A stretch of DNA of 64,000 nucleotides from Octopus sinensis (taxonomy: Eukaryota). Under the pieces are notes generated by a model. That model saw only the letters and a program-made list of their open reading frames with translations, did not search any database and was not told the DNA's origin. Shown here one piece after another: positions 11,664-25,645 of the stretch; within the stretch, counting starts at the first letter, position 1; each line of letters begins with the position of its first letter. A program made the position numbers and the translations under genes. The stretch is taken from positions 92,690,001 through 92,754,000 of the forward strand of contig NC_042997.1 of the NCBI RefSeq assembly GCF_006345805.1, given 5' to 3'.

Positions 11664-12826
11664 GGATGCGTCCTGATGGTCAGGCGATCCATTTGCTGTC
11701 AACACCCGTTAAAAGGAGGGCTGGGCATGCCGTGGTTGATGATACGCAGACACGCGCTGAGACTGCGACATCTCCGGCTCTATGTAGACGACGGTGAACA
11801 GGTGTGGTCGCCGTTTGTGAGGCACGCGTTCCCGCAGCTCGTCTCCATGACCGAACTGCAGTCGTGGATCAAAAAGAGGCCGAGGAAGGGCGAATGGTAC
11901 CGCGAGTGTCGCGTTGCTCACAAGCAACTCTGCCGTCCCGGGTCGACCTTGAGTGACTTCAACACAACCAAAGCATTCTATAGGGGATTAGTGGAGGGGA
12001 GGTACTACGACGATCTTGAGGCAAACCTGGGCGTCGACGAGGAATACCTGACCCGCCTGTTTGAAACGACTTTCGGTCCGGGACCTATGGACAACTTCCA
12101 GAGATCCCTGGCCTGGCGGTGCTACCGAGAAGCGCTACCCATTTGGGAAAAGCTCTATAGGCATGGCTCGAGAAACACGGGGCCGACCTGCCCGAGATGC
12201 GGGCAGAGCGACGAAACCGTTCTGCACGCAATCGTGCAGTGTCCAACAATCTCCGACCTGTGGGCTTATGTCGAACGACTGCTGTCACGTGTGGGACGTG
12301 TCGGTTTATCAGCCGAGTCTATCGTTAATATCGTCACGCCTCCTTCCTTCAAACGGGAAGGAAGAGCTATTTTTATCATACTTGTGGCTATGGCGAAAGA
12401 ATGTATCTGGTGGACGCGCCTGAAAGGATTAGAGACAAACACTTTCCTCTCTGGCCAATCTCTCATCAACTTCTTCAAGTATCACTTGAAGAGGAAAGTG
12501 AGAGTAGAGAGGCAAGTTTTGTCTAGTGAATGTTTTAAAAAAAGATGGGTGAATGTAGCAAGGATGGCACGTATGAATGACGAAGCCACCTTGACTATGA
12601 TCCTATGAACCGTAAAAATTAATACAGAGAGTTGCTTATTTGTAAAAAAAAAATATAACATGTGACTTCATTGACCGAGGTTACCGTGGTCTTTTCCGTA
12701 GGCTTTTCTTTCCACGGGTAAACCTCACCTGTCCTCCCCTTTACACTTTATATTGACATTTCTGTGATAACGATCCCTATTGATCAATTTTTTTCCTTTC
12801 CCTTCCCCCCCTTTTTAAAATTTTTT

Positions 12827-12857
<31 letters not shown>

Positions 12858-13001
12858 CTCCCCCCCTTTTTTGTCCTCTTTCTTTCTTTTTACGATTCCT
12901 TTTGATCGAAAATTAAACCCCCTTTTTTACCCCCAAAAGAAAAGCTCTACCTTGTAATTTGTCCTGTCTGTGTGCAGCCCTGTGTGGCTAATAAAGAAAC
13001 A
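11664..13001 (+). mobile_element. 5'-truncated Tx1/L1-clade LINE with open ORF2 C-terminus and complete 3' end
   Basis: ORF to 12608 without stops: GGLGMP motif and zinc-binding CPRCGQSDETVLHAIVQCP. T-rich 3'UTR with AATAAA at 12990. Flanked by (TATC)n on both sides. Confidence 0.9.
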
Positions 13002-13066
<65 letters not shown>

Positions 13067-13069
13067 CTA

Positions 13070-13435
<366 letters not shown>

Positions 13436-13610
13436 GTATATATATATATATTATGTACGTACGTATGTATGTATGCATGTATGTATGTTAGAATTTGTTC
13501 ATCCTCAAAAATTGGTTGGATATAACGCCTACATAGACTACCATCTTCAAGACAGAACTATGTATTTGTTTTTATGCGAACATACATGCATGCATATATA
13601 CATATATATG

Positions 13611-13666
<56 letters not shown>

Positions 13667-13700
13667 TATATATAATATATATATATATAATATATATACA

Positions 13701-13742
<42 letters not shown>

Positions 13743-13864
13743 TTATATATATATATACATACATACATATATATGTATATATTATATGCATACACACACA
13801 CATATATACACACACACATGTATGTATGTATGTATGTATGTATGTATGTATAAGAGGAAATATA

Positions 13865-14410
13865 AGAACAAGCAAGTCGATGTACAAAAAATATTAAATG
13901 CACTTGATACAGAAATGTACGTATGTATACATATAAAAAAGTCCGCCTTACACAGAATGGAAATGATATCAGGAATTAAGAGAGTAGGGTAGAAGTTTTA
14001 CGAGTACAGCAGCTTTTTCTTGGGGTTGTTGGTCCAAAATAATGCTTGTAACTTGATTCCATCATCGGATACCACCAACCTCCGTCTTCACAGAATGGAG
14101 ATTAAAGATGGAATGATTCTGTGGAGAACTAAGTGTATTAGAAAGAAGCGTTAGGGGTGTTTAGATAGAGAGTAGTGGGAGGAGAAAATAGATTTTGGGG
14201 TTAGAGTTAATAATGAGGTGGAAGATGGGAGGAAGGGGGAAAGGTGGTTTTGGTAGTATGTAGAACATTACCTCTCTGTTATTTTGTATGTAGGTTGTAG
14301 AGTTTCCATTATGTGTAAGTCGGACTCTTTTTATATGTATACATACGTACATTTTTTGTATTAAATGTCTTTAATATTTTTTGCATATCGACTTGCCTAC
14401 CTTGCTTGTC
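13865..14410. repeat. ~100 bp diverged inverted repeat around a ~340 bp spacer
   Basis: 13865-13963 versus the reverse complement of 14303-14410, e.g. ATGTACGTATGTATACATATAAAAA(G)AGTCCG. Confidence 0.8.
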
Positions 14411-14493
14411 CTTTCATTTACTCGTCTACCTGCTCAAGTTCAAATCTCATGAGCTCTATGAAATGTATTCTATACAGAGAATACCTGTCTCTA

Positions 14494-14639
<146 letters not shown>

Positions 14640-14822
14640 GGGAGAGTTCACGAAAAAATCAAAAGACGAAGACAGGTGGTGTAGAAAACAAACAGATGTA
14701 TTAGTATAACGCTCAGGAATTGAAAAAGTATTTTACGTTTCGAGCCTACGCACTTCTACAGAAAGGGACACAAAAAATACACAAGGAGAGAAACAAAGAG
14801 AGAAAAAATGTGTGTAGTGGCT
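14640..14822 (-). mobile_element. Short hammerhead-like repeat (copy 2) inside a (GATA)n tract
   Basis: Homologous to 11353-11560. The fold lies at 14731-14764. Confidence 0.65.
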
Positions 14823-14823
14823 A

Positions 14824-14910
<87 letters not shown>

Positions 14911-14917
14911 CATATTT

Positions 14918-17900
14918 ATGATGGACTCTCCCGTCGGTTTCGACATATGAGGATCTGACAACCTACACTTTCTTTGTCAGTCATAATGCTTATGTCGAAT
15001 GTGACATTTAAATTCCACCAACGATTTGCAAAGAAGCCCACAGATGTTGCAAGTATGAGCATTACGGGTCAGTTCAGATGGTATATTTGCAACCGCTTTT
15101 CTCCTTTGCCTTGCACCTCTAGGCCTGTTAATGCTGGTTGCAACAAAATTTGACACAACGATCTCTAGTTTGTTCACTCCAAGGCTGTTCGCTCAAAGGT
15201 GTTGTGAACTATATTGACTGGTCAGAGGTTACTCTTCAGCTTGTCCTTATATCTGAGCCATGGTCAACCTACATTCCTGCGCCCACTATCAAGCTAACGG
15301 TACATGAGGACTTTGGGTATTCTTTCGTCACTCATTCTAACGATATGGCCAGCCCAGTGCGATTGCGACTGCATAAGGAAGCTCTCGATTCCACCAATCT
15401 TGCACTTACTAAACAGGTCGGCATTAGAAACTCTATCTGAATAACTGCAGATTGTCTTGAGACAAACTTTGTGGAAGATGTCTAGTTGGTTAATGTGCCG
15501 TCTTTAGGGTGTCCATGATTCTGAGCCGTACAAGAGAGTAGTATGAATGGCAGCTTTATAGACCTGTACTTTGGTGTTAAGTTTAATTCCTCCTTCATTC
15601 CATAAGCGATGACGGAATTTGTCAAATGCGTTGGTTGCTTTTGCAAGACAGTTGACGATTTCATCATCAAGAGAAGCACTCGAATTCACTTTACTACCAA
15701 TATATGTAAATGACTTCACATACTTTAGGTTTTTACCATCAACCTGTATAGGAGTGTCAAGGAAATTGTGAACCGGTGACCTCAGTTGGTCACCTCGAAT
15801 TTGCTTTGGAGTAGGGCAAGGTTAGTGGATTACTTCCATCTTCTTTATACTGATGGTCAAGCCAAAGGCTTTACATGCAGCAAAAAACCGGTCTAGAAGT
15901 TCCTGAGCTCCCTCTGCAAAAAAAGTAAATTACGAATGATCTACAAAAAGCAGATCACGAATGATACTGGTGCGTAGCAGTGTTTTGGCTTCGAAACGCT
16001 GATGATTGAATAGCTCACCACTTGTTCGCAACTGGAATTTGACTGTAATTTATATGTCACCAAGAGCATACCTCAGCATCACTGAAAAGGAAAGTGCAAA
16101 CAAAACAGGGGCCATAACACAACCTTGCTTTGTGCCGTTTGTAACATCGAATGAAGCTGAAGATTCTCTGCCGGACACGACAGCAGCCTTCATTCCCTCA
16201 TGATAACATTCAACATCTTGTCGGGTATACCAAGCTTTTACAGAACTTTCCAAAGTCCTTGTCGGTTAACAGTGTCGAAGGCCTTAGTAAAGTCAACTAC
16301 TCTTGATTTTTCTCATGTACTATCTCGATGAACTGACGAAGGGAAAATATCATGTAGGTACTGCCACGGTCACAGCGAAATCCGCACTGTGATTCTAGAT
16401 AGATGTAATTTACGACGTGTTTAATGATACTGTCAAGAATGAGTCGAGTATGAATCTTACCAGCAATAAACAGAAGTGATATACCACGATGATTATCACA
16501 TACACTTCTGTTTCCTTTGTTCTTATAAAGATGTTGAATTCAGGCATCATTAAAGTCTTGTGGTACACAGCCCACCCTCCAAATATTTATGAAGAGATCA
16601 TACAATTTTTCGAAAAGCTTCTGTCCACCATGCTTGTAGATTTCAAGCGGGACTGCATCTCTGCCAGGTGCTTTACCAGAAGAGATCTGTTTAACGGAAT
16701 TTACCATTTCCAGGAAGGTTGACGTCAGAGACAATTCTGGTATTTCGGCGTGCTGTGGAATAGACATTAAGACGCCATCATTAGTGACTGAGGTGGAGTT
16801 CAACACGGCTTCTAAGTGGTCTTTCTATTGTTTCAGGATGTCAGATTTGTCAGTTAACAGTGTCTCTGTATTGTATGAAAAAACAGGAATAACGTTGTGC
16901 TCTTGAGAACCATACACATTCTTGAGGCCATCATAGAAGGCTTTAGAATCCTTTCTGTCTGCAGCTTTTTGGAGCTCAGTAACCTTGGAAGACAACCAAG
17001 CCTTCTTCATCTGTCTCAGAGCGCATTGGACCTGGCCTCTGCATTTCTCGTGTTTTATGAGAGCTGTGCATTTTATCTATCAACTGTTGGATATCTATAC
17101 TGTTATCATTGAACCAATCTTGATGTCTACGAACAGGAAGACCGAGAACCTCTACGGATGCAGAGCGCGTGTACCGCGCGAAGCCTTTAAAGATGATTCA
17201 GTGTCATCAAAGATATCAACAGTGTTGAGTGCAGTGTCCAGTTTGATAGAAAGCTCAGCCTGCTTTTCAGCGGTTTTCGAAGGCAAAACATTAATGCCAT
17301 TAGGCACTGATGACTTTCATAGTTTTGTGTGTTTCAGATAAAGCGTAGCCTTACTTCGAAGAGTAGAATGGTCAGAGAGATAGCATAGAGAACGTTAAAG
17401 TCCCTAATATCTCACTTCTTAGTGATAACATAGTCTATGAGATGCCAATCCTTAGATCTAAGGTGCATCCAGGTCATCTTGCAACAATTTGACTATTGAA
17501 AAGAGGTATTTGGGATGCTTAGACTGAATTCCCTGCAGATGGGGAGTACATGCAGACTGCTAGAGTTCATTCGACCTACACCATGGTGACCAAGTACACC
17601 ATTCCACGTCTGAAATCAGTACCACCACGAGCGTTAAAGTCGCTCATAAGAATAAGTTTATCTCTATGGGGACAACTGAAGTCAACATCGTGGAGTTGGC
17701 TGTAAATGTCATACTTTTCCTGCTCAGTGCTGACCATGGTTGGAGCATAGCAACTGACAAGCGTAGCATAAGTGTTATGATTAAGTTCCAACTTTAGTGT
17801 CATGATGTGACCAGAAATACCTTTAGATGGAGAAAGAAGGGACCTAGTTGTTTCTGCCTTGATGGCGAAACCAATACCAGAATGGCGCAGCTTTCTTCTT

Positions 17901-18590
17901 TTACTTTTTTCTAACTGTGATGATCCTGCAAGACTAGTTTCACTGAGTGCAGCTATGTCAATGTTGTATTTCTTTAGTTCAAGGGCAATCAGTGCTGCTT
18001 TTCGTTCTGGTACTGAATGATTGTCTTGGAGAGTGCGCACAAACCAGGAACCAAGGTTAATATTCTTAGATTTTTTCATGTTTCGACTGCGTTACTGAAT
18101 AACCAGACAACTGCAGCGGGCTGCTAAGTTTAAGGTGAGTAAGCAATGTTTAGGGATCCTTTTCTCACCCGTCCCCCTGCTGAGGAAAGCAGTGCTATGT
18201 ATAAATAAACATGCTTTGTCACCACTGGAGGACACGGACAACACAGTTACTCACAAGTTCTGTGCTAGGAGGACCATCACCCAATGGTCGCCGACTGTGT
18301 AGAAATCTAGCAAGAGACTTCCAGTAATATCCTTTACCTGTCCCAGCCGCTTTCACTCTCTCGCTAGAGGACATTTTGCCTTTGCGAGTTGGAAGTGTGC
18401 GGTACTGAATGAATAAATGTAAATCATCAGAAAACCCATACATGTGATTTAATGGTTGAAGGCTTGAGTAGAACCAGCCACACATGTTGGAAGTGATGAC
18501 AGCAAGGATATGGGGCATGTATGTGCCACAATACCAAGAGCAACATACCTCAGGTCTTTTCTTCAGAGGTCTCCATCTCCTAGACAAGCC
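14918..18590 (-). mobile_element. Near-full-length decayed RTE-clade LINE (APE endonuclease, RT, C-terminal C2H2-like motif)
   Basis: INLGSWFVRTL..ELKKYNIDIAALSET..VSCYAPT..DFNAR (endonuclease); GKAPGRDAVPLEIYK; NGTKQGCVMAPVLF; TLLYGSESWT; CNICGLLCKS. Many frameshifts and deletions. Confidence 0.93.
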
Positions 18591-18592
18591 GT

Positions 18593-18736
18593 CACTAGCG
18601 TAACTGGGGCGATAGAGGCGGTCCGCTCCGATCGGCACTTTTGGGTCTGCTGTAGGCAATATGTGTTTTTTGTGGGGTCCAGGGGCAGCAAACGGAAGGT
18701 CCGCCCCGGGTGACACACACTCTAGCTACGCTAGTG
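18593..18736. mobile_element. hAT-type MITE inserted in an RTE 5'UTR-like sequence
   Basis: TIR CACTAGCGTA(A/G)CT. Degenerate 8-bp TSD CAAGCCGT/CAAGCTGC. A related right end lies at about 44365-44440. Confidence 0.75.
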
Positions 18737-19319
18737 CAAGCTGCTATAAACAACCTGGAGAGCCTAGTCTACCCTATGAGTCAGAGTTTGTTGATAGTAC
18801 AGTCCTGTTAAAGACATCGTCAGCAATCAAAGACCTGGATTTATATCAAAGTTCTCCTCTCCCAGACGGGATGCCTTCACCACGGCTAAGGAGCCACATT
18901 TGCCCCCTAATATATGAAATTAAATACATAAACAGTAAAAACTTTGAAATATAAATAAAATAAGATGTACAAATATATTAAATAAAATAATATAATATAA
19001 AATACAAATAAAATAACATAAAACGAGTATATACATATAACATAATGCTGGATAGCCGTTGACTACTCATGAGTTCCTCCACCCTTCCAAGGGCTTTACT
19101 TTTCGTCCCGCAGTGTCCAAAAATCACCTTCCTCACCAAACAAGTTCAGTGGGGTTGCCAGTTTAGTCGCCGACAACCCGACCATGCAATAGGCTGTACT
19201 GGCTTACATGTTACCAGTAGGGCTCAAGAGCGACCTGACATATATATATATGTGTGTGAGAGAGATTTTGTGTGTACATATATATACACAAGCATACACA
19301 TACGTAATTATATATATCT

Positions 19320-19369
<50 letters not shown>

Positions 19370-19373
19370 TATA

Positions 19374-19407
<34 letters not shown>

Positions 19408-19929
19408 TGACATACTCATACACAGATGTCTGTGTGTGTCTGACGTATGAATAAGAATTTACGTAAAAATGATTTTACATAATCATTACGTAATAGTCAC
19501 CGAAACACGTTAAAAGATATTATATGTAAGTTACCCCCTTGTCATAAATTATTTGGCGATTCTTTATAAATATTATTGCATACAGATCTGGATTGTTTGA
19601 GTAGTAATTCGAATTTTTTTCTCACGCATCTATTTTGGAGTATAACGGAACTTGTATGTATGTATGAATGTATACGTGCGCGCGTGTGTGCGTGTTATTA
19701 TCCAGTTTTATTTCAAGATTTCTTGCCAATTGAGAAAGAACTGGTTTCTAACCTAAAACCAAGGCTCCTTCATTGGAATTTCAACAACAGAGTATTTATG
19801 TATGTATGTGCGTATGTGTGCAGTATTTGGAGTCAGTTTATGTGCAGATGTCTACATGTATGTATTCTCATGCATATTGTTGCATGTCTAGATGTGCGTA
19901 TATGTACTTAAATGCTAAACTTCTTGAAA

Positions 19930-21480
19930 ATGTTACAAAGTTTTACAGTTCCATTGATGGCTCGAATTTGTTATTCTTTTCTGGTTTTGAGAAACCTAAT
20001 TTCTCGAGGTAAGTACTTAGACAGTTTGTTATATATCTTAGTACTCCCAAAGTTATAGGTATAAACCTGAACTTGTAATCCGAGTTGAACAGCCGTAAAT
20101 TTCTCAATAGTTGAGAGCTGGAGTTTTCTTTTTCGCTGATCTTTAGTGCTATGTTGACATCCGCTGGGCAACTGATTTTCTACTACTGTACATAGTTTCT
20201 CTTCGCTGTCCCAAATCACTGTCTTGTCTATTATGTTTACACTTTAGAGAGGTTTTCACTGGGACATTCCCCAAGTATTCTTTCATATTATGAGCGGCTA
20301 TGGTCTCTGCAATTCTATGGTTTCTAGCCTCAGTATTACCCCTCCGACGGATCTCATTATACAGTATCTTGGCTATATCATGTTTCATCAGTATAAAATA
20401 CTGCGATGGCACTTTTGGATGACAGCTTATGATGAAGATGATATATTCAGTATTAACTGCACAATGTCTGCATTGGTTATCACATTTTGGTATTTTTCCT
20501 GCGTTTCTGTTCCCTTTGTGCATCAGGTATGTGGTTGTTATTTCCTATTTCTGGATTGCAAACGCATACCCTTCAAAGTGAGAGTTGGGAATCATGTTGT
20601 TGGTTCATTATAGACGGTTGTGATTATCAATGTTACTATCGATGTGGAGCTCTCTGTTAACAGATCCATGCATAGTCTTCTGCTGATATACACTCATCCT
20701 TTCATCAGATGACACATTACTTTAGAGTCCTACAGTTTCTTTGTGGCTTGTATTCAATGTTACTCGAGGAGCTTCTTTCGAGTCTCATAATGTTATCTGT
20801 TTCGTGTATGCAAACTTGGTCACGGGGTGCACTTCAGCATTGAAAGATGTTGCTGAAGGAATATGATATGACATTGAAAGCAGTCTGGATCGTTAAGGTT
20901 CTATCTCCTTGTTGTTTTCGTTTTAGGTAGAGGCGGTCTACGTTGCTTTTAATGTGAATATCATTTGTGCTCGTCAGTATCTTCAGGGTTTTCATATCAA
21001 TGGCTTAAATCTCAACAAGCGACCAGTCAAGTAGCCCAAATGGTAGCTGGTATGAGCACTGATAGTGCAAACACTTTGTGGGCCACTGTTTTATTGAATG
21101 CAGGTCCAATTTTTTTCCTTATCGGGCTGTAATATTCTTTAGTGACATGCACCTTGTTACAAGTACCATCATGAGATATGCTTTCATCTATCTCAGGTAC
21201 CTGTAATATTCCTCATAAGATACAAGAAAAGCAGTTAAGTCATTGATAGAAATGCTGATAATCTAGTTTACAGCTTTCCCTCTTTTCACAACCAGATAGC
21301 AACATTTATCCTAACCAAGCGCCATCCCTATATTCTTAGAGAATATTGTTACCAGGTCAAAGCTCTTTTTCATTTCATGCGTACTCTTGGCATACAATAT
21401 CAAGTCATCCACAAAGAAGCAGTATGTAATTTTAATATTTCTGCCTCCTTGTGAATCAATGAAATACCCTTCAGACTTCC
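19930..21480 (-). mobile_element. Decayed R4/Dong-like LINE (RT end, CCHC and restriction-like endonuclease)
   Basis: CFFVDDLILYAK; CRHC..IISCHPK..KHDIAKILY; NVPVKTSLKCKHNRQD; IWDSEEKLCTVVE. Confidence 0.8.
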
Positions 21481-21695
21481 TCAGCATAAATTACAAGGAA
21501 TTTACTGAAAGTATGAACTGCATTACAGAAGGGCTGTCTCCTAAAACGAAGGACCATTGACAAGGAAAGGAGACGAGAAAGGTGGAGTAGCTGGAATGAG
21601 ACCAGAACAGTGGAAGAAAATAGAGCTGGTAGGAGAGATCCTGTTGCGGGCTTATGTGCGTTATGGCACGGAGAGAACAAACTAAACTAACCAAC
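21480..21695 (+). mobile_element. RTE-type LINE 3' end with (AACT)n tail
   Basis: RTIDKERREKGWSSWNETRTV..RAG.RD.VAGLCALWHGEN, read across frameshifts. Confidence 0.65.
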
Positions 21696-21744
21696 TCCGG
21701 CTGTCAAGAGGTGATAGGGTAGAAGTACAAGCGTACACGCACAC

Positions 21745-21900
21745 ACTTCTTTCGGTTTCCGTCTACCATATCCACTCACAAGGATTTCGCAGATTCGAGG
21801 CTACAGTAGAAACACATGCCCAAAGGTGCCACTCAGTGGACTAAACCTGAAACAATGTAGTTGGAAAACAGACTTCTTATCACAACAGCCACGCTCTGCA
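21745..21900 (-). mobile_element. SINE family B head, diverged
   Basis: TTTCCGTCTACCATATCCACTCACAAGG..CAGTGGACTAAACCTGAAAC. Confidence 0.7.
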
Positions 21901-22270
21901 GCAAAAACTATTTGTAATAATCGCTTCTAATATAAGCACAAAGCCCGAAAAATCGTAGGACGGATTCATTGGATCTGCGTGTTATATTATATACAAAATA
22001 CTAAAGTTTGACAGAAGCTGAAACAATGATTACTGTAAGGGAAATAACTCTTAATAAAGTAATTCTTTGACTTTATTTTTACTTTAATTCTAACATAATT
22101 TACATGGCCGCCTCAAGCTTGTGGGAAATTTTTTGTAGATGTATCGATCCTTATTGTATCGACCCTAGAAAGAAGAAAAGGTAATAATTGACCCCTTACA
22201 GGATCTGAATTCAAAGCATTAATAGTTGTAATTAAACACCGATGCTATGACGATTCAGTCAGTCTGCTCC

Positions 22271-22323
<53 letters not shown>

Positions 22324-23044
22324 ATGCGTGCATAAATATAGATTTGTAATGTAGGTAAATCCAAGGCGTTTGGAGGTAAGCGTAGTCAATCATCCTTGAA
22401 AATCAAATGAGAGTTGATTTCAGCTGGATTTGAATTCAAAAGATAAAGAAGGAGGAAGTTAAAAAGATTGATAAGCTGCAATGAATTTAGTCGAATGTTC
22501 TAATTATGTCTTATCTATCGACAGTCTTTATTATGTAAAAAAGAAACATTTTCCTTTTCGATGAAGAGAAAAATTCACCATAGAGAAACTGAAATACGAT
22601 TTTTTTCGCAGAGGATTTAATAAAATAAAGGGGAAGAACTAATAATTATAAAGACTTGAAATTGCACCCCGGGTTTTGTTTGCTGGGAGCGTACTTAATC
22701 TTAAATATTTGTATTGCGTCCAAATGTGGATTAAAGATGAAATAAAATAAACCACGCAATTTATCTTCGCAATCGCAACATATTTCAAGGGAGGTAACTT
22801 GCTCTGCTCTATGCAAAGATTTTGTGAAACTCATTGGTTACGGGTTTCCATTGGTGCAATAATTGCTTCCTTATAAATCAGGTAACAAAATCATAAAGAT
22901 AACATTTGGGCAACCTGTGGGGAATAGATATCGCTAAGTATTTTTGTTTTTCACCGATTTACATCAGCAACAAATACACATAAACTCGCAGGCGTGTTTC
23001 CTTTTTTTTTTTTTTTAGTTAAAAGAATGGCAATACTACAGTAG

Positions 23045-23290
23045 GGTACTGCCTGTTCGAGACAAGCCTTTCAGGCATGGAAACGCCAACAGCCGAATCT
23101 GCCCTCCAGGGGACGAAACCGTCCTGCATGCAATCATTCAGAGTCTGTGCATTTAGAGAGTTGTAGGCTGGTGTGGAGCAGCTGTTGTCTCGTGTGAGTC
23201 AAATCCAGCTGCCTGTCAGTGTATTGTGAAGATCGACGCATCATCTTCCTTTGGCAGAGAAAGAAGGCAGATTTTTCTCTGCTTAGTGGT
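23045..23290 (+). mobile_element. Tx1-family 3' fragment (zinc-binding region)
   Basis: LPVRDKPFRHG..CPPGDETVLHAII, paralogous to 12100-12400 and 24530-24800. Confidence 0.7.
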
Positions 23291-24950
23291 TGTGGCAAAT
23301 GAGGCCGTGACAAATATGTTGTGGCAAATAAGGCACTGAGCGCTGCGAAAGGCAGATAACTTCATGATACCCTTGTCGGCTGCACGAGATGCAAGTCACC
23401 CGGTTTGGATGGCCTGCCCTATGAGCTTTACGTAAATATGCCAGACTTGTTCTCCGATCTCTTCGAAGCGCTCTACTGCAACTGGCAGCAGAACGGGAAT
23501 ATTCCCAGTTCTGCGAGCCGAGGCGTAATGACGTTGATAAGGAAAGACAGAAACAAGAGGGACACATTAGATAACTTCAGGCCCATAACTCTGCCCAGCA
23601 CAAAGTTTAAGATTTCGGCCAAGGTGTTAGCGAAGAGGTTGGTTCTTGTTGTAGGGGATTTGGTTGGAGAGGCGCAAACCTGCGCAATCCCGACCAATCC
23701 CGTTCATACGCGACAACCTCTACCTCATGCGATACATCATAGAAGGAGTAGGGTGTAAACCTGGCTTCGGTGGGGATCTGATCAATTTAGATCAATTGAA
23801 AGCATTCGATAGGGTCCACCATCGGTACCTGGAGGCTGTCCTCAAGGCACGGGCTTCGACTCCGTCTTTTGAAGCTGGATCGCTGCAGTGCACAGCAGCA
23901 TCTGCTCGGTGGTCAAAGTTAATGGCCACCTCTCGTAATCGTTTCAGGTCTCCCGATCGGTCAGTCTTTTCTCCCTCTGTATGTATTGACTCTTGAGTAT
24001 TTACTACGGAAGCTAGGGCTGCTGCAGGGCATCCAACTCGAACCGGAACGCAGGAGGGCTGTGTCGGCTTATGCGGACATCACCGTGATGATGTCGGACA
24101 CCTCAGGAATCGAGGTGGTCGGCACACCATTGGAGGAATATGAAAAGTTGACGGGAGCGAAACTTAACCAGGAAAAGTCGGTGGGCTTGCGGCTCGGCAC
24201 CTTGAGAGGCAAGTCCATGACGTCCAACAGCAACGTTGGACGCTGGACAGACGGACCGGTAAAGTTGCTTGGGTTTTGGTTTCTCCAGCTCGTCTCCTTC
24301 ACTAAACTGCATTCTTGGGTCAAGAAGAGACCCAGACAGGGTGACTGGCATCTGGAATGTTGCCAGGCACTCACTGCCCTCTACCAGTGAGCAATGCGGT
24401 TAGTGGAATATCCACTCTCGAGTTCTATGGAGGGTTAGTAGTAGGAAAATGCGATGACGCAATCGAAGAGGCTCTGGTGTCGACGAAGTCGAACTGACCA
24501 GTCTGTTCCGGAGGAGTTTCGTGCCGGGGACGATGGGTAACTTCCAGAAATTCTTCGCTTGGCAGTGCTACTGGGGAGCACTGCCTGTTCGAGATAAACT
24601 CTACAGGCACGAGATGTGTGCAGAGCGACGAAAACGTTCTGCACGTACCCATCCAGTGTCCGTGCATTACTAACTTGTGGAGTTATGTCGAACAGCTGTT
24701 GTCGTGTGTAGGACGGATTCGGCTATCGGCCGAGTCAATAGTGAAGATAGATCTGCTGCTTTCTTTTGGCCAGGAAGAGCAGGCAATTTCCCTCTGTCTG
24801 GTGGCAGTAGCGAAAGAGGTTGTATGGTGGACCAGCTTGAAAGGACTGAAGACAGACACTTTTCTCTTGGGCCAATCTCTCTTCAACTTTTTCGAATTTC
24901 ACCTGGAAAGGTGGGTGGATGTAGCGAAAATGGTCAGTATGAGTTGATAA
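23291..24950 (+). mobile_element. Internally deleted Tx1/L1-clade LINE (RT to C-terminus)
   Basis: DGLPYELY..LIRKDRNKRDTLDNFRPITL..KVLAKRL; LDQLKAFDRVHHRYL; AYADITV; DENVLHVPIQCP. Confidence 0.88.
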
Positions 24951-24967
24951 CACTTCTAATCATTTAA

Positions 24968-24993
24968 GATTTATTATTATTATTATTATTATT

Positions 24994-25055
<62 letters not shown>

Positions 25056-25460
25056 GTTATTATTATTCACTGTTTTCTGTTGCTGTACTGAACTGGGTTT
25101 TATGTCTCTTTCCTCTATCCAGCTGTTCAGATCTTTAGGGATAGTTCCCAATGTACCTATAACTACTGGGATACATTTTGCCTGAACTTTTCATTCATTA
25201 GCTACTTACGTTAATTTTTTCTCATCTGGGACGGTAAAGTCAATTATCTGGCACTTTTTTTTTTTTTTATCTACTACTACCAAATCAGGCTTTCTAGCTT
25301 CTATTACTCTGTCAGTCTGAATGTTAAAGTCCCACAACCTCTTGTTTTTCTTACTTTCTAGTATCAGTATGTTCAAATCCTAGCTTTCTACGTAGCTCCC
25401 AGTGGATCGCTTTCCCTAGATCGTTATGTCTTGTATTCTTTCTGTACCTGTTATTATTAT
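24968..25460 (-). mobile_element. R4-like LINE 3' fragment with (AAC)n(AAT)n tail
   Basis: RHNDLGKAIHWELRRKLGFEH and GTIPKDLNSWIEE..QKT precede the trinucleotide tail. Confidence 0.7.
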
Positions 25461-25645
25461 CTAAAATTCTGCCGAGGTCGGCTTTGCCTTTCGTCCTTTC
25501 AATGTTGATAAAATACGTACCATTTGAGTACTGGATCAATGTAATCGACTTACCTTTCCCCCGAAATTCCTGTCCTTGAGCCAAAATTTGAAATCATTAT
25601 TGTTGTTGTTATTGTTGTCGTTTTTGTTGTTATTTTGTCCAAAAA

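Noticed and set aside
14060-14100. Minus-strand GTGAAGA-CGGA..TCCG-ATGA hairpin as a hammerhead
   Set aside because: It lacks C3 and GAAA and has no stems I or III.
18080-18900. HDV-like ribozyme at the RTE 5' end
   Set aside because: Known for some RTEs, but I could not assemble the nested pseudoknot from this decayed, MITE-interrupted sequence.
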